Positions 38,169 to 51,387 of a stretch of DNA of 64,000 nt are shown piece after piece (positions within the stretch are counted from its first letter, which is position 1; every line of letters starts with the position of its first letter). A program made the translations under genes and the position numbers. The notes beneath the pieces were generated by a model that was not told the DNA's origin, did no database searches, and was given only the letters and a program-made list of their open reading frames with translations. Location: NCBI GenBank assembly GCA_973895155.1, contig OZ316895.1, positions 1,626,412-1,690,411 on the forward strand. Direction: 5' to 3'. The stretch is from Marsupella aquatica (taxonomy: Eukaryota > Plantae > Marchantiophyta).

Positions 38169-40033
38169 AATCAACAACGATTCGAACTGCAACTTCAATC
38201 CAATCAGTATCCCCAAGGGAAAGTCGCTGTGGCCATCCTAACAGTGCAAGCAAACCCGCACGATGATCTGCCTCAGAGAGAAACGAAAACTATAGCAGCT
38301 TACAGTCACTCAGTACCAAGCTCCATCTCCACCACTAAGTTCGACATTACACAACTGAACTGAGACGCAGATCATGAGTTGGTGCCACTCAAGGCTCCTT
38401 GCAGTTCCTTCCAAATTTAAACTCCTTCTTGGACAACACCATGGGGATTGACTTCCAGAAAAGCACAGCCCAGTAGGGCATTCTCATCATTTGACGAGCT
38501 GTGAGCGTCTGCCCTCGCTCGGGCAGGAAGAATTCCTTAAGAGGAGTCTTTTCGTTTCGCTGTTTATTGTTTTCAACTGGTGATAGGTGCATTCTCAAGA
38601 GTGAGCACTAAAATGAGGAAGTGACATGGACTGCACCCCAATCCGTGCATGCAAGTAAGTGGCTAGAAATGAGGATGCTGCCCAAGTGTTTTTTTTTGGT
38701 CTTTTTGGTTTTTTTCGTCGGTCATTAGTGGCGTGTCAAAGCAGGGCCATAACAGAGTTACAGCCTAGTACATAAAACTGTTTTATGGGCCATAACCGAG
38801 TTGCAGCCTATATAGTACATAAAACTGTTTTACGATCAAGACAAAACTGTTTTATGATGAGGACAAAAACGTCAAGGGCTCACTGCATAGGTGACCCACA
38901 AAGATGTACATCCAAATTCACCCATAAGTTCATGGAAAGTCCATAGTAATAAAGTTGATCGATAAAGGCTTTCCAGTTTGTTGCCCAGTAGGGGTTTAGG
39001 TCTTCTCTACCAGGCTTTCCAATTTCTTGCCCAGTAGGATTTTGGATCTTAGGTTGCTTCCTTGTGGATTTGTTTGTTGTTGTGGGGCATTCACTGGTTT
39101 GTTGAGCCTCTGACTTTGGTCTTGTTGGGGGTCTTTCTTTTTAACTCTGGCTTTATTGGGTCTTTTTTCTTGAAATACCAAAAGTTGACCCATCCAATAG
39201 AGGTAGATGATCAACAACTCCATAGAGGTAGGCGATCAACAACTCTGGAGCATGTACCTATGTAGGGTAGCCCACAAGGGGGGTCATACCCAGTACCAAT
39301 AGGGAGAGAGGGTTGGACCAAAGCCCCAAAGCAGACCAGCCAGGGGCTCAGGAGAAACCATGATTCCCACCACTACACCTCACCCACCCACACAGTCACC
39401 CTCCACAACCCTTGCATGTGGAGGGGGGATTGAACCTTGGATCTCTCAGTTCTAGGTTCATCCCCTGGCCAACTGACCAGGGTCTTTTTTTCTCCAGCTT
39501 TATTGGGTCTTTTTGCCTTTGGGATATGTCTCCAGGTTTGGCTTTCCTGTCCTTTTGGCACTCTTATACATGGCTTTATTAGGGCATCTCAAAGCTTGGA
39601 AAATTACATATGCATTCCGACATAACTTTTTCATAAGACTCTATAAAAGTTTTTTTGTTTTTTCTCTTACCAGCCTCTAGAGTGACTAATGGTTATTGAC
39701 TATGAATTCTGCAGTCCACAATTTTTTGTGTCCATAATCCATAGTACATCAAATTGTCAGCTTTCCCACTAGCCTCTAGAGTGACTAATGGTTATGGCAT
39801 AAGACCAATCCTTATGACACAAAAGTATAGACTATGAATTCTGTAGTCCATAATTTTTTGTGTCCATAATCCATAATCCATAGAACATTATCTATTTTTG
39901 AAACTGCTATATGGTGAATCCACCTTTCAGATTTTGTCTTATTCAGAGTTTTGGTGTCATATATTTTTATTTCAATGTGCCTTATCAAGGGGCAGCCTGT
40001 GTATCATATACATTTTTATTTAATTTATGGACC

Positions 40034-40218
40034 CCTTTAATTTTAGGATTCTAGAGTATTTTGAACTTATTTTGGCAGCCCCCTTATAAATATTAATGTT
40101 TGTAATTTATTAGAGACAAAACTGCTCCATCACTCCCTTTAATTTTAGGATTCTAGAGTATTTTGAACTTATTTTGGCAGCCCCCTTATAAATATTAATG
40201 TTTGTGATTTATTAGAGA
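40034..40218. repeat. Tandem duplication of about 102 bp; the second copy is interrupted by the Helitron
   Basis: CCTTTAATTTTAGGATTCTAGAGTATTTTGAACTTATTTTGGCAGCCCCCTTATAAATATTAATGTTTGT at about 40034 and 40136. Confidence 0.9.
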
Positions 40219-41587
40219 CTAGCTCAATACCTGTGCGTTGCACAAAATAAGTCGTGTCGGCCAAGATGTCATTGAGAAAAAATGATGTAGTGTCAGCCAA
40301 GAGGTCGTGGAGAAAAAAGATGTCTTGTTGCCCAAGAGGTTGTGGAGAGAAAAGATGTTGTGTGGCCCAAGAGGTCGTTAAGAGTAACGATGTTGTGTCG
40401 CCCAAGAGGTCGTTGAGAGTAAAGATGTCGTGTCGCCCAAGAGGTCATTGAGAGAAAAGAAGTTGTGTTGGTCAAGATGTCGTTGAGAAAAAAAGATGTT
40501 GTATTGGCCAAGAGGTTGTTGAAAGAAAATATGTAGTGTCAACCAAGAGGTCATGGAGAAAAAAGATGTCTTGTCGCCCAAGAGGTCATTGAGAAAAAAA
40601 GATGTCGTGTCGGCCAAGAAGACGTTGAGAAAAAAAGATGTCGGCGAAGAAGTCGTTGAGAAAAAAGACGTTGTGTCGGCCAAGATGTCATTGAGAAAAA
40701 ATTGTCATGTTGGCAAAGATGTTGAGAAAAAAATGTTGTGTCGGCCAAGACATCGTTCACGGAAAATACCCGTGCGTTGCACAAAAGATGTTGTTAAGAA
40801 ATAAGATGTCGTGTTGCCCAAGATGTTAAGTGAAAGATGTCACAAAGTAAAAAGATGTCACAAAGTAAAAAGATGTCTTAAAAAAAGTAGTTTTGCCAAA
40901 CACGCCATTGTGTGAAAGATGTTATTAAGAAAAAGGTGTCATTTTGCCAAAGATATCGTGAAGTAAAAGATGTTAAACGAAAAATGGCGTTATTTCACCC
41001 AAGCTATCGTTCTGTGAAAGATGTTATGAAATAAAAAATCAAGGAAACTAAGGAGTGAGTCTTTTTCTTTGTTTTGTTATTTTACCCAAAATGCCCATGC
41101 ATTTGAATGGTGACCACTATAAATTAACTAACTTCCAAAGAGTTAAATCTCCTTTTTAAGAGCAAAAGCCAAAATAATATAATGTCAACCTACTCTCTTC
41201 CCCTTAGTGCTAGCTCCCTACCAAAACCATTATCTCAAGTAAATCTTTTCATGCCCCATGCCAAATGTACTCTAAATTAATAGACCATAAAATAATATAC
41301 TTACACTTTAATGCTCCATACCAAAAAGTATTATATGCCAGCTACAAAATAACTACACTAACACATGCAAGTACTCTATGACATATTATATCTACTTTGT
41401 ACTATAACTTACATACCTACCTTGTACTATAACTTACAGCCAATTTTAGGTTCCCATCTCACTCAATCCAAGAGCCATAAATAATTCTAGAAAATATCTG
41501 ATGGCTTAGCTTTAATCCCTCCTTTTTCATTTTTGTAACGGGACGCGAAAGACTAAAACTGGCGGGATTCATTATTATAGTAGTAGA
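40219..41587 (-). mobile_element. Non-autonomous Helitron (1369 bp)
   Basis: On the minus strand it begins A|TCTACTACTATAATAA and ends with hairpin TGTGCAACGCACA followed by CTAG|T. It is inserted in an A-T dinucleotide with no TSD, and its removal restores the neighbouring duplicated sequence. Confidence 0.9.
40245..41030. repeat. Minisatellite of about 39 bp inside the Helitron
   Basis: Roughly 15-20 diverging units of GCCAAGA(G/T)GTCGTTGAGAAAAAAAGATGTCGTGTCG. Confidence 0.9.
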
Positions 41588-43234
41588 TGAAACCCCTCCA
41601 TCACTTGAACCAAGTATTCTCATGAGTGTGAGAGAAATGTACCAAGTATTCTCATGAGTGTGAGAGAAATGATTCTGATTGTGTCTTAACTCTTAAGTTC
41701 CCCTCATGTCTTTCTTTTCTAAGTTTATATATTTTTTATTGAAAGGAGTGTTGTCATACATAAGGACATTGAGTTAGCACACATCCTAGTATCCTTGTGT
41801 CATAAAAGTTGTACTTTTCATTGGTCCGTGCTTTCCTGGCAGGCACTTTAATTTACATTATTTTATGTTTCTAGTTATGTTCTCATATTTATTTACTTTC
41901 AAATCATTATAAGACAAAAACTCGAGCATGTTCCAGGATGAGCATGCTATAGACAAAAACTCGAGCATGAGCATGCTATATATGCATAGAACATGAAGCT
42001 TTGAGAGGCACTATTGGGTCTTTTGCCTTTGCGATATGTCTCCCCGTTTGGGTTTCCTGTCCTTTTGGCACTGTTATAGATATAGAAAAGAGACAGGAAA
42101 AGAGTCAATTCGCAACTGACAGTTTTTCCTTTGTTGTATGATACGGAGCAAGGACGTAAGCACGCATCCTCCGGAGGAAAGCGTTCGCCGGTGCAGTGGA
42201 GGGACGAGGGCCGGAGTTCTGCTACTTCCTAAGATTTAGTAAGCCATGGAGAAGAGGGCACGACTCCTGCTGCCTAAGATTTTGTACGGTAGCCTACTAA
42301 AATGGATGAATGCATGAATGACAGAAGATAGGGAGGGCGCCTTGAGTGCTTCCGGACCTGCCTTAAGAATTTCTGTCAATAATTGATTCTCCCAAATCGA
42401 CAGACTGTTTCTCATCGAACGCGGAAATCTGGTGCTCTGGTTATGTGCCTAGTCGTATTCGGATCGAGTTTCTGTGATTGGCAGGCTTCTGGATGTAAGT
42501 TTAATGAAACCTAAGGCATCGCATCCTTTTTCCGCATTGATCGACTGTCGAGGTTGACAGTGTTTGCCAATTTCCATCCGCTTCGAATTGCAAATTGACC
42601 GACCCTCGTCCCCTGGATTCGTTCCACTCGTATTTTACTAACGAGCTTTGCCGAAGTAAATATGCGTCGAATGGTCGATGCAAACAGAGAGGTTTCTGAT
42701 GCGCAAGTCTCAAGATGCACAAAACTTCTTATTTGCGACTCCCATTCTCGCACACATCAAAACTTTGACTCACTTCTTAGCCAATTAAGGGACTACCCTA
42801 ACGTAGCCATCAGGAATCTCTTTCTCTCGGCTGCCTGCCCCGAAAGCTTGAGGGTATCCTTTGAACGATTACCATTATTGTAACTGAAGGCTTCAATGGC
42901 AGCACCCTTTCATTTAGAAACTGATTTGCGAATTTCTGAGCTTATCCTCTGGAGTGGCTCGTTCTGGTCTCACAAGGGCAAACTCTTGACACACGTGAAA
43001 TCGGTCACCTCTAGTGCGTTTCAGAATGAAGTCTTCGAACACTAATCAGACAACTGACGATGCCAAACGATGTGAGACGGATGACATTCGTCGGTTTCTG
43101 CAAGCACATTTGAAAGACTTCTATTCTACGAGGACCGTCTGGGCGTTCTAGGCTGTTGCTGCGTTTCTATCATCCCCGTTATCTTCGGCGAATTCTCAAA
43201 TTTTATTAACTCAGCCCCATTCGACAGTCATACG

Positions 43235-46200
43235 ATGCCTCCAGTATCCACTGAGGACTATCAGGCGGGCAGGTGGAGCAATAAATCTAGAGGACGATGG
43301 GATACTTACGAAAAGCCGCGGGATGAGGAAAACTGCCCTCCAAACTTGGACTACAAGGTTATCGAGCAGATTGCTGATGGCGTGGAGAAAATGATCCTAG
43401 CCTGGACTCACGGTGAAGAGCAGAGGGCTCATGCTCCACGGTCAGCGGCTACAAATTCGGCAGCTTCCAATACGACAAATGTGACGCGAGGTAAGATTCA
43501 AACCTCTATTTCGTACTGTTCAAAGATAAATTTGGGGCTTCACGGGCGAAGTCATGTTCTGTATGAAAGAACTGAAGGATTAGCTAGGCGATCGTTAATT
43601 AATCGCAGAGTTTTCCTTTTTCGCCTGACCGGAGCTTTCTTACTTCATATGTTGATCACATATGAAGTCCTTCCACCTTTACTATACAGACATGTAAATC
43701 GAGATTCAGTTGAAAATTCATGATACTTTCCTTTGTGTAATGGAAACCACTGCTAATGAATATACGTCCCTTCTTCATTCTCGAAATGAAATGAATATAT
43801 CGCCTACTTTTGCGTGCTCGCCTTTCTGATTGAAGTGACCCTTTCTAGATTCCAGAATACGTGCTTGATATTTGGAATTTAAAATAAAATTTACATTGCT
43901 TAGTAGTCCAGCAACACGACAGAGGTGTAACTCCGATAGAAACGCTCCTTTAGGTTGTGATTCAATTAACGAATGAATACCTTCGGGCGAGAGCTTGTCG
44001 ATTGCAGAGGGCTGAGTTATATCGACGTGTGCAGGTTTGCAGAAGCCAATGAAAATAAAAAGCCCCTTAAGTGAGAAGAGCGTCCAAGGTGAAGCAGGTT
44101 GCAACTATGTGTGTCCCGTCCAAGTCCAAGACCTTCCTGGGGGGGTGACTGCCCAAATCTCAATCAATGGAAACTGTCCTGGAGCAGGCATGGGATCAGC
44201 CATAAGCCAGATTGTGAGTCAGGCGGTTAAACACACTGGAACGGTTTCCAACAAGGACATACACGCCGAAAAGACGGTAACAGAGACAGCTACGTATTGG
44301 TACTTAGAGGCTAGCAACGCCACTAATCAAGGATGTCGAGGAAGCTCAAGAGAGCATGAGAGAAAACCGGAGAGTAGTGGTCGCATAGGAGGTACCAATT
44401 GCATAAGAACGCTTTCCTTTGGTCCACACTTGTCATGCAGCGCGCAAGAAACTTTCCTTGAGGTCTAGGTCTAGTGCTTAAGTACTGGAGTCCCAAACAA
44501 ATGATGCTAAATTTACACCTCCTAGGAGGTTTTAAGAAAGCTTGTGTTGTCTCTAACCCGCTCTCCCATTGACTCTCATAGTGAATTTAAAAACATTATT
44601 TGCGTTTGCTCCCAGCACCAGCTTCGTCTAAAGAGAAGATGGTGAGGAAATGGAATTGTGACCATACTTCCCAAATTGTCTTTCTAGAGAACGGTGCTGG
44701 TAGTTAACACATCATGTCACCATTTCCATCTAGATCTGAGGAGTCCAGCCTCCACTTTCCAGTAAATCTAACCCTGAGAAGTTGCTGAAACCATCCCCAT
44801 GAAACGCAGCATCTACTCGTTTTTAGAGCTGCACTTCTTCCCGCCAATATGTTATAAATTTCATTGCAGGTTTTGATGATAATCCCAAACAGAGCTGTTG
44901 TCCTGAGAAGGGTGGTCTGGAAGGTAAAAGTTGGACCAAGGAAGAGAAGGATTCTCGGTCAGTCTCGAGAAGTGGTTCCGGGGGCGGGCCAGAGGGTTCT
45001 CCTGCGTCATCCGATCAGAGCACTCAACAGAGAATTGATTTCCGTGACCACCGTGGATCCAGACAAAATAAGCTCAAGGAATTCGAGTTCCTAAGAACAA
45101 ATAGTTCAGGTTCTGCTGAGCAACCATTGACAAGCAAGAAAACAACACCGAACTCGACCCCTCAGAGTGAGACTCAGAGTGGTCCAAGGCACCCAGAGAC
45201 AAAAGTAAATGAAGTTGTGGAGGCGCCTCGCTTGCCAAGGGTAAACTTAGGTGAGTTTTGTCATTCTCATCCTTTTATACCACATCGTAAGTTGCTATAG
45301 TTCCAGCTAGTGTTTGCCAAGATCCTACTTGATGAAGAGGTTCTTCCTCAGCTATCAAGTTGATCAGTAGGGGGTGACTTCTGGAGCTTGGTTCAGTATT
45401 AACCTGTCGTGCTAACTCAAACAATTAATTGCAAAGAAGAATCGAGTACATTGATCGAATGGGAATTGGGTCGAACTTGTGAACAGGCCCAAGCCGGATA
45501 GGCTGCTTGAATGCACAAATCGGCTCGGTGATTATTGATGATGAGCTGCTGGAGAAAAAACTTGCAGCCCTTACCACCATGCCGCCTACACCACTCACGG
45601 TAAGAGTCCTCTCATGGGAGTTATCCATGTTCTTAGCTTCCACTTGATTGCCGCGTAGTTACTGAGCGACTATGTAATCCATTATGAAGTAATTCGCTTC
45701 TCCCAAACCCATTTAGACTGTTATGCACGGGCTCTGGATGCCCTTGAACAATTTGGAGAAAGGAAATATTAGCAAACATCAGTCACTCTTGAGAGCGAAG
45801 ACCAGAACTCATAGTATAATGAGTTGAAATAGAGCACGTATTGTCATGTTTCCGAGGTAATCCAATCTCCATGTCCATAGCTGTACTTACGCACAGGGCA
45901 AGTGCAAGCAGATTGCAAAGCTTGTAGGCTCAAAAGGAAGGTGTACGTGGCCAGTGTCTCGCACCCTTATACGTTTATCTTATCAGATGTTTGACCCTTG
46001 CTTGCTGCAGACCTGGTTGGAAATTCAAGACCATCTTACCGTTATGCAGCTAGCAGTGAACTGTATCTGACTTCACCTCACCGTTACTTTGTGTCTCCAC
46101 TCTTGCAGGAAGGTGAAGATTTGACTTCCGAGGATAAGCTGAGACAGTGTCAGGACCTGCAAATAGCATTACTTGAGTGTGCAATGGAGTATGAGATCAA

Positions 46201-49200
46201 GGTTAGTAATTTGACATGCCTCGTAATAGTCCATGAAGTCTCTTGATATTTACAAGACCTTACATCTCAATCAATCAATGAGTCAATTATTCGTTATAGC
46301 TTTCATTAGAGACGGTGTTGCAGAAGTCTTGCAAGCTCGTAAATCTCATTTCATGTTTATGTACGACCCAATCTAGAGTAGGACTAAGCATGTTGCTACA
46401 ATCCACCCTGAATGATATTTTGTTGTATTGTATTGTAGACGATTGAGTTGAAAATAAAGCTGAAGAGTCTTCAATCGACTCCTAAGCATTCAGATGACTC
46501 CAAATCCGGCTCGGCTGAGGTACTCAGCTTTTTCAACACTTCAAAAATATCATTATAAACCCTACCCCCCTGAACAGGGCTCCATATGACCTTAAGGATC
46601 TAGATCTGTGCTGAGAAGACAGGGCTTCCAAAGTCACATTACGGCCACTTCTTTCATTCGAGACGAATAGAAGTATCCTCTCCGGGATATGGTGTTGTTA
46701 TAGGCAAGAATTGTGGGAGTCGTCAATTCACTTCAAAGCTTACCTCAAGCTTACTTCTAAACAGAGAATATGTCCAGCTCGTGGATGTTGACAAATTAAT
46801 GTTATGCTTCCCTAAGAAAAACGATACATATCATGGCAATCCCTATCACAGGGTTCTAATCGAAAGTTCTTGAGAAATTATTGCCCACAGTGTGGCCAGA
46901 GGGTGAAAAGAGGACTGAAACATTGGGCCGTTTCAGAAATGCCTTTGATTCCCCACACATCCATTGTGACCGGTTCCTAATCAGTACCAATTCATCTAGT
47001 ATCGTGGATAGTCATGAACCTCTAAGAGCATTTAAGTAAAGCAACAAATATTTTGATGTTTCAGAAGGACCAGACGCATTGCACTAAGAACTCAAGAGAA
47101 TCTCAAATTGTAAGTTTAATCTGTTCTTCTATTCCTGAATTGACATACACACACGAGAATTCACATTATTATTTATGTCAAACATGTCAAATTCAGAGGA
47201 CAAATATCTCATTTGCCTTGTCGTCACGCTCGTTTGATTGCTGACCCCTCTGTGGTCAGCTGTTCTTTCCTAATGTTCTTGCGGTGATGATGGATGTCTC
47301 TTTGAAATTTACTAAAGAAAACCGCAGGAGGAAGAGTCTTTGGGTCAATTCCGTTTACTCAAATACTCATATTAGGAATGGGTTTTTTCGGAGTAAAGGT
47401 GGAGTCGATGAAGAAGCAATTATTCAAGCTCCAACGTGAGAAAGGAGCTGTCACCAAGGAATACTTGTCACTGCAGAAGAAAGAAAGGTGCATTGCCTGA
47501 TTATGCTTGCCACCTATTCTCGCCCAAATCATGAAATCACTTTTCACTCAAGTCAGTTTCAATTGCTCAAGGAGGGTACAAGAGTGTCGAGCACATTTGA
47601 TCCCAGTCGGTCCAGATTGATCGTTAACATTGAATACAGGGAGGGTTGAATCGGGCTGAATTCGTGCAAGAGCATTCTACACTTCTATCTGCGTCCTGAA
47701 TCTGAGATGCTGCTAATCAGAACAGATGGGCGTTCATATTCCAAGAATGTCTTTCACGTTCGTCCTCAATCATCTTAGAGAACTGCCAATTAACGTGCCC
47801 TGGCAAAAGTTCCGAGTCTATCCCCCACTTTAATCCTCCAGTGTTTGGCCAGACTGATAATTGTGGTAATTAATGGCACATTCAACACTGTATGAGTCAA
47901 CAGTAGAGCTTCTCGAAAAGTTAGCATATATGGATGTTACAAAACTGGAAACGGACCTGAAACGGAGGAGGGTTCCTTGACAGGAAATTTGAAGTACAAA
48001 AGCGAAACTTGGAAGACGCACAGATTAGAGTGAACCGTTTGCAGAGGTTGGTAAATTTCTCTTTTGGTTTGCCCAACTAAGATCGTGGTTGAATTTAGAC
48101 AACACTGGATGATTCCTGTCATTGAGAACAATTAAAATAACTTGTAGTCGAGGAAAATCTTTGCTTCCAATCATTCCATAAGTAATTCTTGTGAGGACTT
48201 ACATGTAGAGAACTGGTAAGGAAAGACCAGGAGCTCTTGGACTGCCAGTTGATGGAGAAGCATATCCAAGCCAAACTTCAAGAAGTAGAAGCCCAGGCTA
48301 AGACAAGTCATCGATCTCCCGAGCCCCAGCCAGGGGTCGAGCCTGCGAAACTTGTGGCCTTACTTCCATCCCTTCGTGAATGGGTGAAGACTCTCAAGAA
48401 GGTAAGCAGCCTTTACTGACGACAGAAAATTCTCTGAATGCAAACTCCACGCAACCGCTTCCTCTCGAGCGAACGCTTCTTTTCCTGGGCATGAATTTCC
48501 CACAGCGATCGTGAAAAGTTTGTTCTTCAGGTGCTTATTAATGCCCGCAGCAGTCCGTTTCAATACTGTCACAAAGTTTCCCATCAGGAAGGACTGGGAC
48601 TCGAGTGTTGGCTGGTAGTGGATCAGGGACGAATTTTTTTTAACGCACCGCCCCACGCTGCGATTTATGTGTAGTTCATTTGGTACTATTGTCCGAAAGA
48701 GTGATCCAGAGCCGACTGTAAAAGTGCAGGATCGGGCATGTGAGCCAGCAATGATCAAGTTGATGGAGGGGTACTGCATGAAAGGAGAAAACCGTACAGT
48801 AAACTTCTATTTGCATGACCTTCCTTCCTTTCAGTTTGTCGTTGCTTGCTAAGCAGCTGCCATAGTGTCAGGTTCCATTTGATACAGATATAGGAGATAA
48901 GTTCTGCTTTCACATAAAAACCATGAGTTGGGACCTTCCGACCATAATCTAATTGACGATCGCATCACTCATGTCAAATTGTCAATGTCTGGTGGTTGTT
49001 CCTCAGGAACCCTTCAGGCCTAGATCTGGGAATGAGAAATTGCTCCAGTCGGATGGCTCACACAAAGAGTTCGAAACAGTGGTTCAATCTTTAGTGAAGG
49101 AGGTTCAAGCTTTGCAGAAGGAGCTTGGAAAGCTGGGCTCTCGAAGCTGGAAGCATAAAAATCAATCTGTAAGACCTGCTTTACTACCCCACTCGTTACG

Positions 49201-49240
49201 CATGCAGCTGACTACCAAACGAGTAGATGATTCAGAGTAA
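43235..49240 (+). CDS. Uncharacterised multi-exon protein with a low-complexity N-half and coiled-coil C-half
   Basis: ATG 43235. Open GT-AG exons at about 43235-43490, 44035-44276, 44870-45250, 45487-45599, 46109-46201, 46439-46519, 47066-47109, 47399-47487, 47983-48045, 48209-48401 and 49007-49240 encode heptad-like VESMKKQLFKLQREK, KFEVQKRNLEDAQIRVNRLQ and VQSLVKEVQALQKEL. Some internal junctions are unresolved. Confidence 0.7.
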
Positions 49241-51387
49241 GGTGTTGATCTGGAAAGCTGAAAAACTGCTAATCTAGGAACAATTATGAAGCACTATTGA
49301 GTATCCATGAGTGCTTTCCCCTCAGTGTGCTTAAAGCTGAAAAGTAAGGGGCCCAATTCGTGCAACTAAATTACTCCCATGAACAGATATTATGAGTTTG
49401 CAGTAACTTCTGATCGGGTGTTGCCGCCTCCTTTACACCTTTGAATATTGGATGACAGGCACATATATTTGGAGAGTTTATGGCAAAGTCAGGCACATGA
49501 TCAAAGCACTGAACTCAAAAGTACAGTAAGTACCTGTGCTTATAATGTGCTTTGCATCGCAGTTACCCGCGTGGCGGAATGGTTTGGAGAACAGACAAGG
49601 GGGAAGACTAGCCAGTGGTGGATCTCCCCCGTATACATTCAAACAGTTTTACAACCGCTAACAAAATCAATCACAACACGAGCTTGCAGTCTGTAATTTG
49701 CGAGTTCCTCCTTCGTGCTTTCTGAATTGATCGCTACTGAGAAAAATTCGTGTGCAGCAGCAACCTCTTCAGCGAAGTAATAGCAGGTCGAAGCTTACGA
49801 TTGCGACGCAGTGTTCACTGTACCTCTCTCTGGTAGCAGCAAGTTTCCATTGTGACCCAGATCTGTACAAGTCTTCCAGCTTGCAAAATTACGCACATAC
49901 TCAGCTACAATCAATTAGGATGCAAACGGGAGGGATAATAAATCTCGGCTCAATTTTGTCACTGCCAATTCTATAGTTCGACGTTGGGCAGATCGACTTT
50001 GAGTAAAAGAGTTGTATTCTAAGTCGTTTATCCATGCCAGCTTGGATATCGCGACTACCTGTGTGAGAATATTCAGGGGCCTTATGTGTGCGCCTGTCGC
50101 AACCCTTCTTCATTAGGATTGAAGAAGAGCAAAGTTATGAACATTCTCCTCCTGTATCGAACAGTCCATTCGAAATTGGATTCTTTGGTAAACCATTTCA
50201 GAAGAGTAGCAGGTAGTGTATGGAAAACCAGCCATGCTATCCTCCATTTGGGAGTTTAATATGTTGTTCACGGCAGAGAAAACAACTTGATCTACTAAAT
50301 GGTCATCACGAAGCCGCGGTAACAGCACTTTTTGTACAACCTGAGCACATGCTCAGAGGTACACAGTAAAGACATTGGGAGTCAACAAGGACACCTGAGA
50401 TACATCGGAACGAAAACAATTTTTTGCCATTCGCACAGTATTCGTAAAGCATGGTTCGCTTTGAAGGTCCATCCGAAACATTGCTACGTTCCAATAGTGA
50501 TCAGCCGCCGCAGGTATTGAACGTCGTGTTCGACATGTTCCAATACAAGTAGAACATGAGTTCTTCGAGCATCACCCTCGCACACGAATAGGCAGATGTA
50601 GCACTAAGATGACAAAAGCTCTTCGCGTTGCCAAGAGTGATTTGCAAAATTATAGAAGAGACCAATGAGGGGACTATATTTGAGCCGTCTTATGCTCTTG
50701 ACAATCAAGCGTTTCCATGAGGGGAATTGGACACGTCATGGCTCATTGCAAATTATCAACGATACAAAAAAAATCACCGGTCCACCAGAACTAACAGCCC
50801 ATGATGTAAGCTGCAAGCCCACAGCCAAAAGACATAGAAAGTAACTGAGTTTTCGAGCCTGGAACTTGAGAATGAATGAATGATTTAAGAGCCCGTTAGT
50901 TGCCGGGGACATGGTACAGAACCCATAATGTGGCAATAACCGGTCAACTTGAGATACGGTTAAAGAAAGGGAGACTCTACATTTTCTTTGAGCAATAGTT
51001 CAAGGTATTACTACTCTGTCTTGAATCGACGGAAGGCCGGCAACCTTTACCATTTTAGATTGCGCAACCGAAGAGCAGAAACTACGACGAAAGATTGACC
51101 CAAGGTAATTTTGTTGAAACAAGTGAGGGCAGACGAGCAGGAGCCACGATAGGAGAACGGGGAGAACTAGAATTGAGTTTCGAGCAGCTGTAGAAATCCA
51201 TACTGCATTGCCCACACCATCAATATAAGCTCCGATATCCAATATTCTTGACAATGACCACACAATTCCAAGAAAAAATATGTTCAAAGCATGTCATAGC
51301 TGCTTCGTGACTTTGATGCCAAGACGAATTAGCTGGTTGAAAGATAGTGCTGCCTGTGGGTAATTTAGTTGCTACTACCTTTGAGCT

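Noticed and set aside
40169-40804. Repetitive Lys/Thr/Phe-rich ORFs
   Set aside because: Translations of the Helitron minisatellite.
49448-51287. Scattered 60-95 aa ORFs between two convergent genes
   Set aside because: No motifs or splice chain; most likely 3'UTR or intergenic sequence.
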